In this document: in pieces, positions 49,199 through 63,487 of the stretch
Numbering within the stretch: the first letter of the stretch is position 1
How the letters are laid out: every line of letters begins with the position of its first letter
Assembly (NCBI RefSeq): GCF_964355755.1
Contig: NC_092679.1
Coordinates: 7,842,201 to 7,906,200, forward strand
Direction of reading: 5' to 3'
DNA from: Antedon mediterranea
Lineage: Eukaryota; Animalia; Echinodermata
Length of the DNA stretch: 64,000 nt
Translations under genes and position numbers: made by a program
Notes under the pieces: generated by a model
Seen by the model: the letters and a program-made list of their open reading frames with translations, nothing else
Told to the model about the DNA's origin: nothing
Database searches by the model: none

Positions 49199-52100
49199 TT
49201 AAGAGGAAGAGGGGATAAGAGAATCGATTGATTCTCCCTTTTCCAATGCCTTTTCCATGTTGATAATGGTTTGTACACCATCAATAACGCACTGGACTTG
49301 TTGTACCTCTGAGCTTCCAAGACGGTCCAAGTTCGATATGTCGTAAACGCCTCCAACAGATTCTGTGAACTCTCCGCCTAAGCAAAGAAAAACAAAAATA
49401 GTGAAATGTACCGGGTGACATACAATTTCTTGATTTTTACTTTCTTTCTTTCTTGCTGTCATTTCCTAAGCTTGGTTCTTGTGGACGCAACAAGAGGATG
49501 GACGTGGAAAACAAAGTACTTTTGACCAATCGCCGCAAGCTGGATCATCCCAACTATCGTTTGTGATTGGTCAACTCACTTGCGTTGGGCTTACGTCCTT
49601 GTGCTGCGTCCTAGTTGGAACCAAGCTTGACACCTTACCGCAAACGATGTATTATCTATAATTAGAAAAAAACTTAAAACTCACTTGTTCCACGTTTCTG
49701 CAACCTCATAGCTGTACAGATGGATTCAAAGCGACTGTCCTTAGCTAGGTATGGTACTTTAACATGTACACTGCAGCGTACTCCAGTACCAAGGTTAGAT
49801 GGGCACGTCAAAATAAAACCTAAATGCTCGTTCCACATAAAACCTGTTCCCTTAGATTTGATGTGCTTCTCTACCTGGTAATAGAAATAATAAGCGTATG
49901 TTATAAGTGGTACAATATTTATATTGTATGATCGTTATTTGCATGCATTACGACGAGAGAAATTAGTCGTATTTTGTATGTGCGCGTCCTCCTGATTGAA
50001 CGTCTAACGTTAATTCTCAGCCTAATGCAGTATTTGAATATAAGGTGATATTCTGTTTAGGCTACCGTACGCCTAAACGTCGACATCCTTATAACATGGT
50101 GTTATCTTACCTCGGTTAATCCAGTACAGAAACGAGTGAAAACTCTCTTCATGTTGCCTCCCATCTCCATGGAGATGATTCGCGTGTGATCTTCTTCATT
50201 AATCCAAACAAGAAAGTTCTTTACGTCATTATGCCTGAAAGGAGATACGCTACTAATTAAGCTAGAAATACATCGTCGCTCTTTTTAAGAGCTCTTTGTG
50301 CATCTTAAAACGTACTTGTTCCCACTATTGCAACGCAAATGCAAGGACGCAACGCAATGCAAGGACGTACGTAGACGCAACGCAAGCAAGTTGACCAATG
50401 GCAAACGACAGTTCAGACAAAATAACTTATAACTTACAGTGATTGTTCAAATCGTTGCGCTTACGTCATTGCGTTTCGTCTTATAGTGGGAACCAAACTC
50501 AAATCGTTAACGATACCAAAGATAGTGTAGTACTACTACACTATCTTTGACGATACTTAATAACTTACACGCATCTATTAAGTTGTTAAGTTTGTACATG
50601 TAAAATTTATTTTAAAACGTATTCCTAAAACACTAACAAAAAAAAGGCTTACCAGATACCACGTCCATCGGGGAAATCACGGGCCATGCCACCGCTAGTA
50701 AAATGACGAGACACTGGTCTGTCAAATAAGAAATGGTCATCGATTAGTTGCTGCTGGTCTTTTTCATTGAGGGTCAGCAGTGAATAGTATTTGCCTTTGA
50801 ACTCGCCTCCCAAAGAATTCAAAGCTGAAAATAGAAAAATAAAATATTGCAATCCATTTCCTATGTTATATAGTATTAGTATCGGTACGAATATCATCAT
50901 GAAAATATATAAATTAATAATACCATGGAGAAAATATATAGAATTTCCTTCATGATAATACAAATTCAATATAGAGTGTGGTATTATTACGGTACCTTCA
51001 ACAACAGTCTTCTCAATTCGTCGTCTCTCAGATCGACAGACGAACGGTGAGAGACAGTATCCCTTGACGTTACGTCCAGTACGAATACGTGAACTAATAA
51101 CGTACTTAGGGTCCAACTCATCAGGGCCAGTGAGTTTGCTTGGGTCCAAATCGGTCTTGTGATTGTCTGAAGATGAGAAACATTATGTTTTACTTTATCA
51201 TAATAAGTACAGGTCAACAGAATTCTATTCAATGATGTATAAAAAATGAATATCATTTTTTTTATACCAAAATATTTATAACCAGGAAACAAACTGTTTT
51301 TCTGAATTTCATTTCTTTATTAGCCATAAAATAAATCTCTGTCTACACTATTACACTTTATGTGAATAAAGATATGATGTGCCCAAATTTTGGATGCTCA
51401 TAAATGTTCGATTTTAAAATCGTAACATAATTTAATATTATCATGAATTATATGAATGTTCATTTTTTAATTATTTTATGATAGCAGCCGGTTTAGGAAC
51501 ATGAACATCTCATTAAGGATGTACGGACGATTTGTAGCTATATTTGTAAACGACCTTTAGTCTTCCTCAGAATTATCATTACTATTCAATCACGTGATAT
51601 AAGAAATCTAACATAATATATGAGAGTGCGAGCAGACATTTACATCTACTTATTTTTAAACGATCGTATACCGTTCGATTAATCTTTTATGCAGAAACCC
51701 AAGTATCAGAAGTCAATAATTATTATAATTATATTCTTTTTTTTATCATCATCATAATAATCAAATTGCCATCATTTCCATTAACACTTTCATTCTGAAT
51801 AAATATCACCATTAAAATGTTGTTTTTTTATCTGATCCCATCACATATAATCACGGAGAACGTCATCATAATCAACCGTCGTCATCATCAATATCCCCTA
51901 GATCATCATCATCACTATTATAATGACCCCTGTCATGTTTATGCCAGAGGTGATGACGTAAACGTTGTGCTACATAATTAAATCCATTCTCAGATAGCTC
52001 ATTATAATATGAAATTTGAGATCCCGAGTTCGGGTGTTTTGATTGCTCTGTGATGCGGAATTACACGAGTGACGTTCCATACTACATTTTGTATCTTTTT

Positions 52101-55100
52101 TAACATTTTTACACATAGAATGAATGGAAAAAGTGAATACATAGCGCTGGCTATACATTCGATGCGTCTTCATTATATGTCACAGTAACACACGGACGAC
52201 GTATCATCAGCAGATCTCACTGAATCATGATTATTGTTGTCATGAACTAATTTCATTGATATCCTTGGTAATTATATGAAACATAATTTTAAATTTTAGT
52301 GATTATATTATTTTTATTAGGAAACATGTTCATCCACACCCAGCCACAATATTGTGCCGTAACGGTAGGCGTACTGTTAATTGAATACAGTATATAGTCA
52401 CGTGACATTAAACGCATACCCGGCGTTCCGGTCGTCTGCTTTGGCATCTGAACAATTTAAAATATAAATGTTATACCAGGGAGTTGTTAATACTTAATAA
52501 AATATACATGACGATGCACCCAAAACAAACTGGCGTGCAGTTAGATGTCGCTGGCGACGCCCCTTGCTTAGATATCATGTTTGCAGGCTGATAAAGAAAA
52601 CATGTTATTCAAACAAGATTTTACGGCTTACGTGCAAAACCTCACATTTGTTAAACTGCGTCGTGAATAAAAACAAATTTATATATCATTTATTGCTTGA
52701 AATAATCGTAATAAAGAAATGAAACCAAAAGCAATAAGAATATGTGTTCCTTATATATTATTAATAATTATCCTGGTTTGGACATTATGCAAAGTCATTT
52801 GGCCAATCACGACGCGATAGATTATATATCGCTTGTAGTATATATTGGTGCGCGCAAAAGTGAATGTTACGTTATCATACACAAAACTCAATGTCAACTG
52901 GTAAAAATTAGAAATTCATTATATTTTAATTTACTGTTATTACGGATAAAAACTAATAGTCGTTATTATCGTCCTATCAATTTTATGCGAATGGTTACTA
53001 AGCAGTTCCACTCTCTCAGAGACTGTCTCTGCACGCGTTAGTAATATTTTTGATCATCCATTCATGCGACCAAATCACAAATTAGAAGTCGTGCTTTTTA
53101 TTTTCAGTGATTTAATTTGCGAATTGAGACTAAGGATGATGGAAGAGGTTGATTTATTATTTAATTTAGATGTTCGCTTCATACTATGGCAAATTCAACA
53201 TATTCACAAAGGTGCGGCCCGGGTCCCCCAAACAATAGGTGGCCCAAAAAGTCGTGTACAATTGCAAGAGAATTACATTTAGTTGACGTTGTTTATTATC
53301 GTCTGAATAAAAGAAGTTTAAAAAAATATAATATTGAAAGTTTATGTCGTTGTTACGTACGTATGACTTTCTCCAGCGGTAATTTGAAATTCATTGAATA
53401 TTTTAGCATGGTTCTTAGTATGAACTTAATACCAAGACTACGTGATATAACTAACAAAAGCATAAACTTATTATACTCCACATGTATCTTGAACCAGGTG
53501 TCATCATACTAATGAACAAAATTAATACAACAAACATTAACACAAATTAAAGTAAATTCATACTCAGCAGACACGGAGCTGTTATCAAAAACAAACAACG
53601 ATGTTGTACTTGACGAAGTCGATTTCAGACATTAATCAAACATTAAAAACATAATGGATTGAAGGAAGACTCATTAGGATTAATGAACATCATGACGTCA
53701 CAACAGCAAAACTGATATTTATGAGGAAGTCTGTGATGGAAAAATCCGGCCGAACGTTAACCACGCCCGAGATTCGAACTCGGAACGTTATGCTTGATGC
53801 AGATGTCCAACCAATGTATCACTTAGGAATTCGTGGTTTATGGTACAAATTCGACTGACTTAATAAATATAAATAAGTTATTACTAAAAATAGACCACAT
53901 TAAGTAACTATCAATCAATCACACCCATTATAAACCCTTGAATTCAATAACCATTGGCTAATCTAAGTCATCATTATCATCAACACATTTATTTATCAAT
54001 GTTAACATGCTAGAAGATACTAGCCAATCAACGGATTCCTTTAGCTAATAACTTAGCATTCCAAATTAGGCAGCATCAATACGCGGCCTCTGTCGTCGTC
54101 GTCGTCGTCGTCAGAACACAAGTGCAAGACCTAAAGATAATATTAACTTTACTACATGATACGGTACTTGAGATTCCAACGATCAAGTAGACTTATTTGG
54201 CATCGCTCAAACAATACAATTATTATACTGTATAAGAAATAGAATTTGAACAAAAAGTAAATTATTTCAGTGTAAGTTTTGTGTATTTATTGGAATACAA
54301 CCCCCTGATTTAAGAACGGCATAATCATGAATATTGCAGTTCGCTTTCTTCGACTAATTTCGACATCTACTTTCTGTAATTTTGCCATTGAATTCATTTG
54401 AATTTGAACATGAAGCGTCACTGTCGACAAATAAGGCGGCTTCTCAATCATAAAACAGTTTCAATAAAATGTTTCGGCTATTGTTTATTTTTAGTCTATA
54501 AACATGATTCCACTGTTAAATCGCCGTGCTGTGATCAAAATAGACACGACTCGTGTTTTAATGTATAATTTCAAAAGAAAATTATAATTATGAAAACATA
54601 ACTCATCTTATGATAATTGTTTTCCAGAATGGAGTCGATAATTCTGGTAAGATCAATACCGTTCTAAGTCAATCTTCGACAAAGAAAACAATTATCATTA
54701 TATACTATGTATGAATGACTTTATAAATAAATAAATTGAATCTGAATCTGAATCTTTCAAAATTGTCTAATGATTAGATTAAAAATAAACTCGACTTGAA
54801 TCAATATTTATAATGAGCGTACCTGTTTTCTTGAATCCATTGTGGTATTCATCAATTACAGGATCAAAAAGGTCAGAAAAGACAGTATAGGTCTCTTCAT
54901 CTCCAGCCAAAAGACCGAGATGGAAATCTAGATTCAAATAAAATGTTTAATTCATTAAATTATTGATAATGCCAAATTAATCTTGTATACTGTTTGCCGC
55001 GCAATAATGGTAACATGGTTTGTGAGTTGGAGAGTGTTGTATAAGGGAGTAGGAAGAGGTGGGGGGGGGGGGGTATTGATGAACGCCAGTAATGGTTAAT

Positions 55101-55513
55101 ATTATTAAAATTCATAATGATGGCGTTGGGAATGATAAGGAGCATATAGTTGTGGTCAAAATTGAAAGATTGACTAAAGCTCTGTCTACACTATCAAACT
55201 TCATGCGACAAACAAATGTGATGTGCCCATATATGGACATGAGGATGTCATATCACTACCATATTTGGGCACATCAAACTTTTTTTGTCAAACTAGTTTG
55301 ATAGTTTAGACAGAGCCTTAGAACGGTATCGGTCTTACCAGAATTATCGACTCCATTCTGGATAGCTTTGTCGATAGTATAACCGCTTGAAGTTGTAACA
55401 TCCCTCAACTTCTTATACATTGCGTCAGTCAAATGCTTCGACAGAAGACTTTTGTGCCCCTTAAAATTGGGGTAGTCTTCAGAAGTATCATACTTAAGTT
55501 GGTTCTTGTTCAT
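49199..55513 (-). CDS. Arginine kinase, creatine-kinase-type (echinoderm dimeric form)
   Basis: Exons ~55339-55513, 54823-54927, 50996-51166, 50653-50825, 50111-50234, 49686-49874 and 49199-49377. Motifs GHKSLLSK, [21 protein letters not shown], [38 protein letters not shown] and [14 protein letters not shown] probable non-coding first exon has its donor at ~57486. Confidence 0.93.
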
Positions 55514-57564
55514 GGTTGGTGGCTGCTTAAAAAGAAAGTTTTAAAAGGTCTTATAACTAGCCAAAATCCAAATGTTTGCTTGTGTGAAAGTTTAGTTCAT
55601 ATTCAAATTCAGTCATAATATTTTAATACACAATTATGAACACAATCCGGATATAAAATTGTATTTAATCAACTTTGTTTACGTATATCAATCCACTAAG
55701 ATAAAACATTGATAATAAGAGGGAAGTCACGATTCAACGTTTCGATCATTTTTTTAAATAATCATTATAGGAACGACAAAATACAACATGTTGGGCAGTA
55801 ATAATTTATGTTTTGTGCGGTTCGTCGATGTAATTAGGTTATTTTATATATATAGAAAAACAAATAATATTGAATACAATTATATTGTATCTTCCACCAA
55901 AGATCGTGTTCGTTCAAGTTTGTTTATGGTCAATAATTCACACAGTAGAAGTACACAGAATCATTGATTTGCCAGGTCGTCGGGTCGGTTTAGTCTTTCA
56001 ATTTAAAAACAATGATTTATAGTTGCGAAATCTTTCTTCAATAAATATAATTCAATAAGTTGATAGCAGCATTGCTATTAGGTCTGCAGCGTCTTGTTAC
56101 CTAGCAACTTGATCTAACAAACGCTAACAAAACCGATAGCAAATTTAAGTAGATCTTAAAAATTCGAGTCTAATGAATACTGGTAATTAACAGCAGCTTT
56201 GTTTTTAGTAAGCCATGCATTGTGAAAGTTGTGTCTTTTGTTGCGTTGTATCATAAAACTATAGAATTCTCTCAACAGAACCAGCTTAATTCTGTTCGTA
56301 TTCTGTAGGTGCAGATACGGTTACGGGACTAACTTATTTAACAATAGCATGAGTACTTGTGTTGTTGTTTGATATTATTGATTTAGTCTTACATTACAAT
56401 ACATGAGAATGTTCAATGGGACGCTACTCTCTCAAGCATCTCTTAAACGTATAAAGGTTAACGGCATCACCTTGGCAACCGACAACACTTATTCGTGAAC
56501 TTGGTAATCTTAATCCAATCATGGCGGACGTGTTGTAATATTTCCAAAATGTGTATTTTAAGAATACCTCTGTATTAGGTTGGACCTAGCAAATATGTTT
56601 GTGATATATTCGGCTGTATTTCAATTATTTAATAATTAAACGCGAATAAGCAATTCTATTAAATATGGTCAGAGAAACAATAGTCTTTGACCAAACGCAA
56701 ACGTATGCCTTTGAGTGAATTTCAACACTAAAACAAACATAACAATGTTAGTTATGCAATTCTTTCAATCAAGCTCCGAGGAAGAACGTTCGGGATTCAT
56801 TCTAGAGAACTTTGGAATTTAGTTATGTTGGGGATAGATAATCTATTGAACCTAAAAGCGTCGAGCAAACATAAAAAGTTGTTTAATCAGTTTTTAGGCC
56901 TCTGCCTTCGCGACTATGAAAAACACATTTAGAGTTTCATACATTTACTATAGTAATAAAATAGGCAAAACTAATTATTTTGACAAAAATACAATATTTA
57001 GCAGCAATTCTAACACACATGCATTAAAAATCGCTAAAACCAGAAATAAGAACGATATTATGACGAGTATTTGGTAATAATACGTCATAACATTCTGCCT
57101 CTGAACATTATGGTTCGAAAGATATTAATCACATTGAATATTCGAATGTTTATGCGCACATAATTATATGGAATAGAGATTTATATTGCTATGGTAACCA
57201 GTCTAAGTACATAAGCAATTCTTTAATGGCCGGATGATTTAATGTCTATTATTTAAATTAACAACTGATATTTCGTTTTTTGACTTTGACTTACATACAC
57301 GACATACATTATGTGAAGCATTTAGTTAGTGAAAACTGCCTAAACAATTTTCGATTTATAAGAGCAGCAATAGGCCTAATATAATTAATACAAATACGAA
57401 AAAGAGTTTGCATTTACTTACTGATGAAGTCGATATAAATTATAAATAATTATGTATATATTTGTGATTAATAAAATATATCTTACCCTTTTGAGATGCT
57501 GATGTTCAGTTGGATACTAGCAGTAGCGTTATCTGCAAAGCTATGCCAATCTTGCGCCAGGAAT

Positions 57565-57600
57565 TCTATTATAGAAGACATGACACTTCGCACTGATTGG
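57565..57600 (-). promoter_or_regulatory. Putative TATA + CCAAT promoter of arginine kinase
   Basis: Minus-strand CCAAT (~57596-57600) and TATAATA (~57567-57573) lie upstream of a short exon ending at a GTAAG donor (~57486). Confidence 0.45.
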
Positions 57601-58274
57601 TTGAAAATGTCCAGGGAGTTGGGTGTTTTCTGAATGCGCCCTCTACCATCAAGACATTCTTTTCATCAGTACTTGACTCAATATTTTTTGATGTCCAAAA
57701 TATGAATATCATGGACCTATAAATTACATGGAGATATCTCACTGGTGTGATGTAATAACAAAATTACCACCAAAAAGAGCGTAATTGATTATAGTGTAAC
57801 AATGTAGGTCTAGCTGTAAGAAGTATCACCACCACCAGTGCGGCGTATGTTGATGTTGATGTTGCTGATTGACACCATTCAATCATGAAATTGTGATCAG
57901 TTGAAAAATAACTTTCCATATAAATCCAACTGTTACAGTCTCAATAAATCAAACATTAATTAGATGACAGTCCACCGCACATTGGAGGGCGTACTTACAA
58001 AATAAATTTACTTATGATGACTGTATGATGAACCAAATATTAGGCCTACTATTATATATTATATACATAGGCCTACATAAATCCAAAGGCAAAATACTGA
58101 AAAAATGACAATGCTGTGGGTATCACTGGCTGGATCTAAAAAAGCGAAAAGATAAATCAAAACGATACAGTAAAACAGCCAGAAAAACACACTGCCCTTC
58201 ATATAGGCCTACAATATACTTTGATCGGCAAGTAGGCATTGAAACGCTCTTTTGTCGATAATTCGTTGCCTCCA

Positions 58275-61200
58275 CATTACGCGGACCAGGCTACGTTAGC
58301 GTTACGGTTAGGCAATTTGGTTTTGACAAGCAATTACTGTCAGTGCTTTGTAAGTTATTGTGATTTTATTGCCCTGGAGTGTCATTTGAGCCACAAGTTC
58401 TAACTACAAGTCCTGCCCACTGGAGGTTGGTCTAACCTGAGATGATTCGCATGGAAGAGCTTGAGTCATTCTCTTAAGTTTGGCCTCGATGACCTTTGCG
58501 CAGGCTACCTAGAATTCTCATGGGCCATTAAATATTCAGTTTCAACTTTTAGATTTTATGTGGTTTGAGACTTTGTTGAGCATTTTTAAAAATGTGTATA
58601 GGCCTACTACAGTACATAATATTAATATTTAATCAAAGATAAGAACAATAATGCAATATACATTGAGATATAAATGATGTAAAATAAACCATAAAGATTA
58701 ATACAATAAACTACAAATAGCCAATTTTTAAGTTTTAATGGAAAAAAATGATTGACCTATGAAAGAACCCTAAAATAAACATATAAACAAAAATAAACGC
58801 CAAGTGATGATAACCAATTTAAATTAATACACATTCAAAAGTTTTATCATCATGTAAATAATTATCTTAAATTAAAAATGAAAGATATATTTAGGTTAAC
58901 AAATTGAATATAATATGTTTCCTTTTTTCTTATCACTCTTGAAAAGTAATGTTATCTGTTATCTGCCAGAGTCACATGTTCTGACCCTTTCCTTCATTTG
59001 TTTAGCTCTGTTGATGAATACTCTGATACTTTTTTTCGTAAAATGCTACAAATAAGTGTGTATGTTTTTTACCCTGCCACTGTTTTAGTACAACACAATT
59101 TTGTGTACCCTGCCACTGTTTTGTATCCCTGCCACCGTTTTTGTATCCCTGCAATCTTATTTTTTCACAGAAACTTTGTATACAACACAAGTTTTTGTAT
59201 CCTAGATCATTGTTTTGTACCCTGACACCGTTTTTGTTCCCTGCTACTGTTTTTGTACCCTGCCACCGTTTTTGTACCCTGCTACTGTTTTTGTACCATG
59301 CCCCAGTTTTTGTACCCAGCTGCCATCGTGTTTGTACCCTGCCACTGTTTTTGTACCCTGCCACTGTTTTTATACCCTGCCACCGTTTTTGTACCCTGCG
59401 ACTGTTTTTGTACCCTCCCACCGTTTTTTTATCCTGCCACCGTTTTTGTATCCCTGCCACCGTTTTTGTACCACTGTCATCGTCTTTTTTCCCAGACACT
59501 TTGTATACAACACAAGTTTTTGTACCATAGACCACTGCTTGTCATACCCTGTCTCTGTTTTTGTACCCTGATACCGTTTTTGTACCATGTCACCGTTTTT
59601 GTACCCTGCCACTATTTTTGTACCTTGCCACTGTTTTTGTACCCATCTGCCATCGTTTTTGTACCCTGCCACCGTTTTTGTACCCAGCTGCCATCGATTT
59701 TGTACTGCCACCGTTTTTGTACCCTGCCACTTTTTTGTACCCTGCCACCGTTTTTGTACCCTGCCACTGTTTATGTACCCTGCGACTGTTTTTGTACCCA
59801 GCTGCCATCGTTTTTGTACCCTGCCATCGTTTTTGTACCCTGCCACCGTTTTTGTACCCTGCCACCGTTTTTGTACCCTGCCACCGTTTTTGTATCCTGC
59901 CACCGTTTTTGTACCCTGCCACTGTTTTTGTACCGAGCTGCTATCGTTTTTATACCCTGCCACCGTTTTTGTACCCTCCACTGTTTTTGTACCCTGCTCA
60001 TTTTTTGTACCCAACTGCCATCAATGTTGTACCCTGCCACTGTTTTTGTACCCTGCCACTTTTTTTGTACCCAGCTGCCATCGTTTTTGTACCCTGCCAC
60101 TGTTTGTACCCTTCTACCAGGGCCTTCCAGCCTTTTAAACACTGCCTGACATACAAAGATATTTTAAGTCATTTTGTGAAAAATATACATTTATTTAGTT
60201 TAATGGAATATCACAACCACTAAGTATTTATTCCTGTATAAGGTCAGCAATCAGATTTCCCGCGAACTATTGTATAAAATTAGTGACGCTGTTTTTGTAC
60301 ACTGCCACCGTTTTTGTACCCTGCCACCGTTTTTGTACCCTGCCACTGTTTTTGTACCCAGCTGCCATCGTTTTTGTACTCTGCCATCGTTTTTGTACCC
60401 TGCCACCGTTTTTGTACCCTGCCACCGATTTTGTACCCTGCCACCGTTTTTGTACCCTGCCATCGATGTTGTACCCTGCCACTTTTTTTGTACCCAGCTG
60501 CCATCGTTTTTGTACCCTGCCACCGTTTTTGTACCCTTCCACTATTTTTGTACCCTGCCACTGTTTTTGTACCCATCTGCCATCGTTTTTGTACCCTGCC
60601 ACCGTTTTTGTACGCTGCCACTGTTTTTGTACCCTGTTACTGTTTTTGTACCCAGCTGCCATCTATTTTGTACCCTGTCACCTTTTTTGTACCCTGCCAC
60701 TGTTTTTGTACCCTGCTACTGTTTTTGTACCTTGCTACTGTTGTTGTACCCTGCTACTGTTTTTGTACCCTGCTACTGTTTTTGTACCCAGCTGCCATCG
60801 ATTTTGTACCCTGCCACCGTTTTTGTACCCTGTCGCTGTTTGTGTACCCTGCCACTGTTTTTATACCCTGCCACCATTTTTGTACCCAGTCAATGTTTTT
60901 GTACAAAACAATTTTTTTTTACAAGTGTTGTACCCAGAAACGTTTTATAACAATTTTATACAATGCAAAATAGAACAAAATACGTGATAATTGCAAATAA
61001 ATATAATTTCATTTTCAATTTAATTTTATTTCCTCAATATAATAACATACATACAGGATAATACATGCAATGAAGTAATCATGTGGGGAGAGAGTCATAA
61101 TAAGTCAGTCAGTAAGTTTGACCCACCACGAAATATAACATTAAATACGAATACGAAAAAAAAAATAATAATAAATAATAAATAAAAGAAAACAAAGCTA

Positions 61201-63487
61201 CAATTTATGCATATTCTCTGTTATACTCATTACTTACTAAATGTTTACTGTTAACATGATATTGTTCTCATCCTTTAACATTAATATTAATATTTTTGTT
61301 CTTTAATGTTTACAAAACTTTTATTTCCAGCAGATTATCCTTTTTTTGCACTATAACTTCTTAAATTTTCATTTAACTTTTTTACTTTCTTCTCTTATGT
61401 GGATTCATTCCACTTTTTTTAAACTTATTTTCTTTAAAAAAACTATTTCCATATATCATTTTGTTTATACATACATTATCATTTAACCACATTGATTACA
61501 TAGTTTCCTCTTTTTATACATAATTATTATCTATTACACATTTTCATTAACAAAGCTTATTTTTTCTTACATAGTTGTTTTTTTTCATCTACATGGATAT
61601 TTATTTCATACAATTATAATACGTTTATGTTTACTAAATCCATCCCATGGGTTTGTCCCATTTTATTTTTCTTTGGATTTATCTATGCAAACATATTTTC
61701 ATTTAAACAATGCATATTCTCTGTTATACTAATTACTTACTAACTTTTTACTGTTAACATTATATTTTCCTCATCCTTTAACATTGATTTTTTTGATCTT
61801 TAAATGTTTACAAAATTTATTTCCAACAGATTATCCTTTTTTGCATCTACAGTATAACCCATCAAAGTTTCATTTAACTTTTTTTTTCTTATGTGGGTTC
61901 ATTCAATTTTTAATTATTCATGATCTAACGTTATTACATAAGAAATTACTTCTGGTGCAGTCCATGGAAAGCATTTCTTCCACCTAATCTTCTCCTCCGA
62001 TGACAACTTTAAAGGAGTAGGCCTACTCCGTCCGGTCCGAAACGCCTTGCCATAATCTATTGTTACAGGTATAAATTAATTTTACCATCAATCATGAAGC
62101 ACGTACCACGTTATTACCTGTAAGAGAAAAGACAATTGGGAAAATGAGAAAATAATTGTAAAATAATCACTGAATTGTGTATAATATAATTGAATTTAAT
62201 GTATGATAATGAAAAATTAGTGGCTTAATTTAAAAAAATTACGCATAGGCCTATAACAGATTCTTATTATTGATATCATTATGGACATAATCCTGAGTTG
62301 TGGAAATTAGGATATTTTATACGAATATATATTAGGCCTACTGATATACTGTAAATAAGACCTCTTTAGTCCTACTTCACACGTTTACGTAGATCTATCT
62401 GATAAGAATTTGTTAATTATTTTATTTTTATCGGCACGTTGATTTCTACCTACCATGCAAACGCATGCAGCAAGTCAGATTTTCCTCCACAATGAATCTT
62501 CCGAGAAAGATCTTTTATTTATTTTCGATGCGCTTCCATTCAATTTTAAAATCGCTTTGATGCCTGCCGCCTCAATCCATCAAGAGGAATGGCGGGGGAT
62601 ATTTGAACTCCGTGGTATATCTGGCTTAGGCCTAACCCTTTTGCGATTAATTCTTTCTAATAGTTCTGTTGTAGGCTACATTTTCTTTCACGGGCTCGTC
62701 GTTTATATTATCAAGTAGACGGTCATTGATGACCGAGTCTACGCATTTATCTCGTATAAAATCGCGTAGAGTTATCAAATTTAAATTGTGTTTATTTGTA
62801 TCAATTATGTATGTTTGTTGCTGCTGTACATTGTCTACAAGATGTCCACCACCCAACAACAGGGGAATAAAACATGAAACACTAATATGCTTTCGTGATA
62901 CATTAGCACTGTTCGGAAGTACTCATGATTGACTATCAATCCATTTTGTTCCCAAAAATGTGAAAGATATATGCTTTCCCATTAAATTTAATAAATTGAA
63001 TATCACATGGCCATCCCAATTCCCTAACAAAACTATTGTTCATGTTTAAAAGTATTTATTTAATGTGTCTGTAGTTCTAGTTAAATTGCTTTGCATAAAG
63101 CAGCATTGAGAAATATTTAGATTATTATTATAAACAACCACTAAAGTATTTATTCCTGTACAAGGTCAGAAATCAAATTTCCCGCAAACTATTTTATAAA
63201 ATCAGTGACCTATCTAATAGTACATTGATTGGTTAATACCCAGTCAGTGAGGACCTGATTGACAAGCAGTGCCTGTTTGCTATTGGTCATTGGTAAGAGG
63301 AAGTTGAAAATGGACAGCAAGTTATTATTAACACTTGCAGTCTTAAATAAACACGCTGGCATTTTTATTACACCACAGAGTATTATTCCTGTCAACTTAT
63401 ACCACAATTGACATGTTGAGGGGATAGGTCATCCACTGATTCAGTGGATGCCAAACGTAACGCTAAAGTAGCCTGGTCCGTGTAATG
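58275..63487. mobile_element. 5.2-kb non-autonomous TIR DNA transposon
   Basis: CATTACGCGGACCAGGCTACGTTAGCGTTACG at 58275 and its reverse complement CGTAACGCTAAAGTAGCCTGGTCCGTGTAATG ending at 63487. Internal direct duplications 60215-60288/63135-63209 and ~61205-61410/61710-61905. No clear TSD. Confidence 0.65.
59065..60945. repeat. ~19-23-bp minisatellite (TTTTTGTACCCTGCCACCG)n in two blocks
   Basis: Dozens of degenerate units at ~59065-60115 and 60290-60945. Confidence 0.95.

Noticed and set aside
58998-60987. Many long Cys/Pro/Phe-rich or Lys/Gly-rich ORFs in all six frames
   Set aside because: Artefact of a stop-poor ~20-bp minisatellite; unit length varies without preserving frame.
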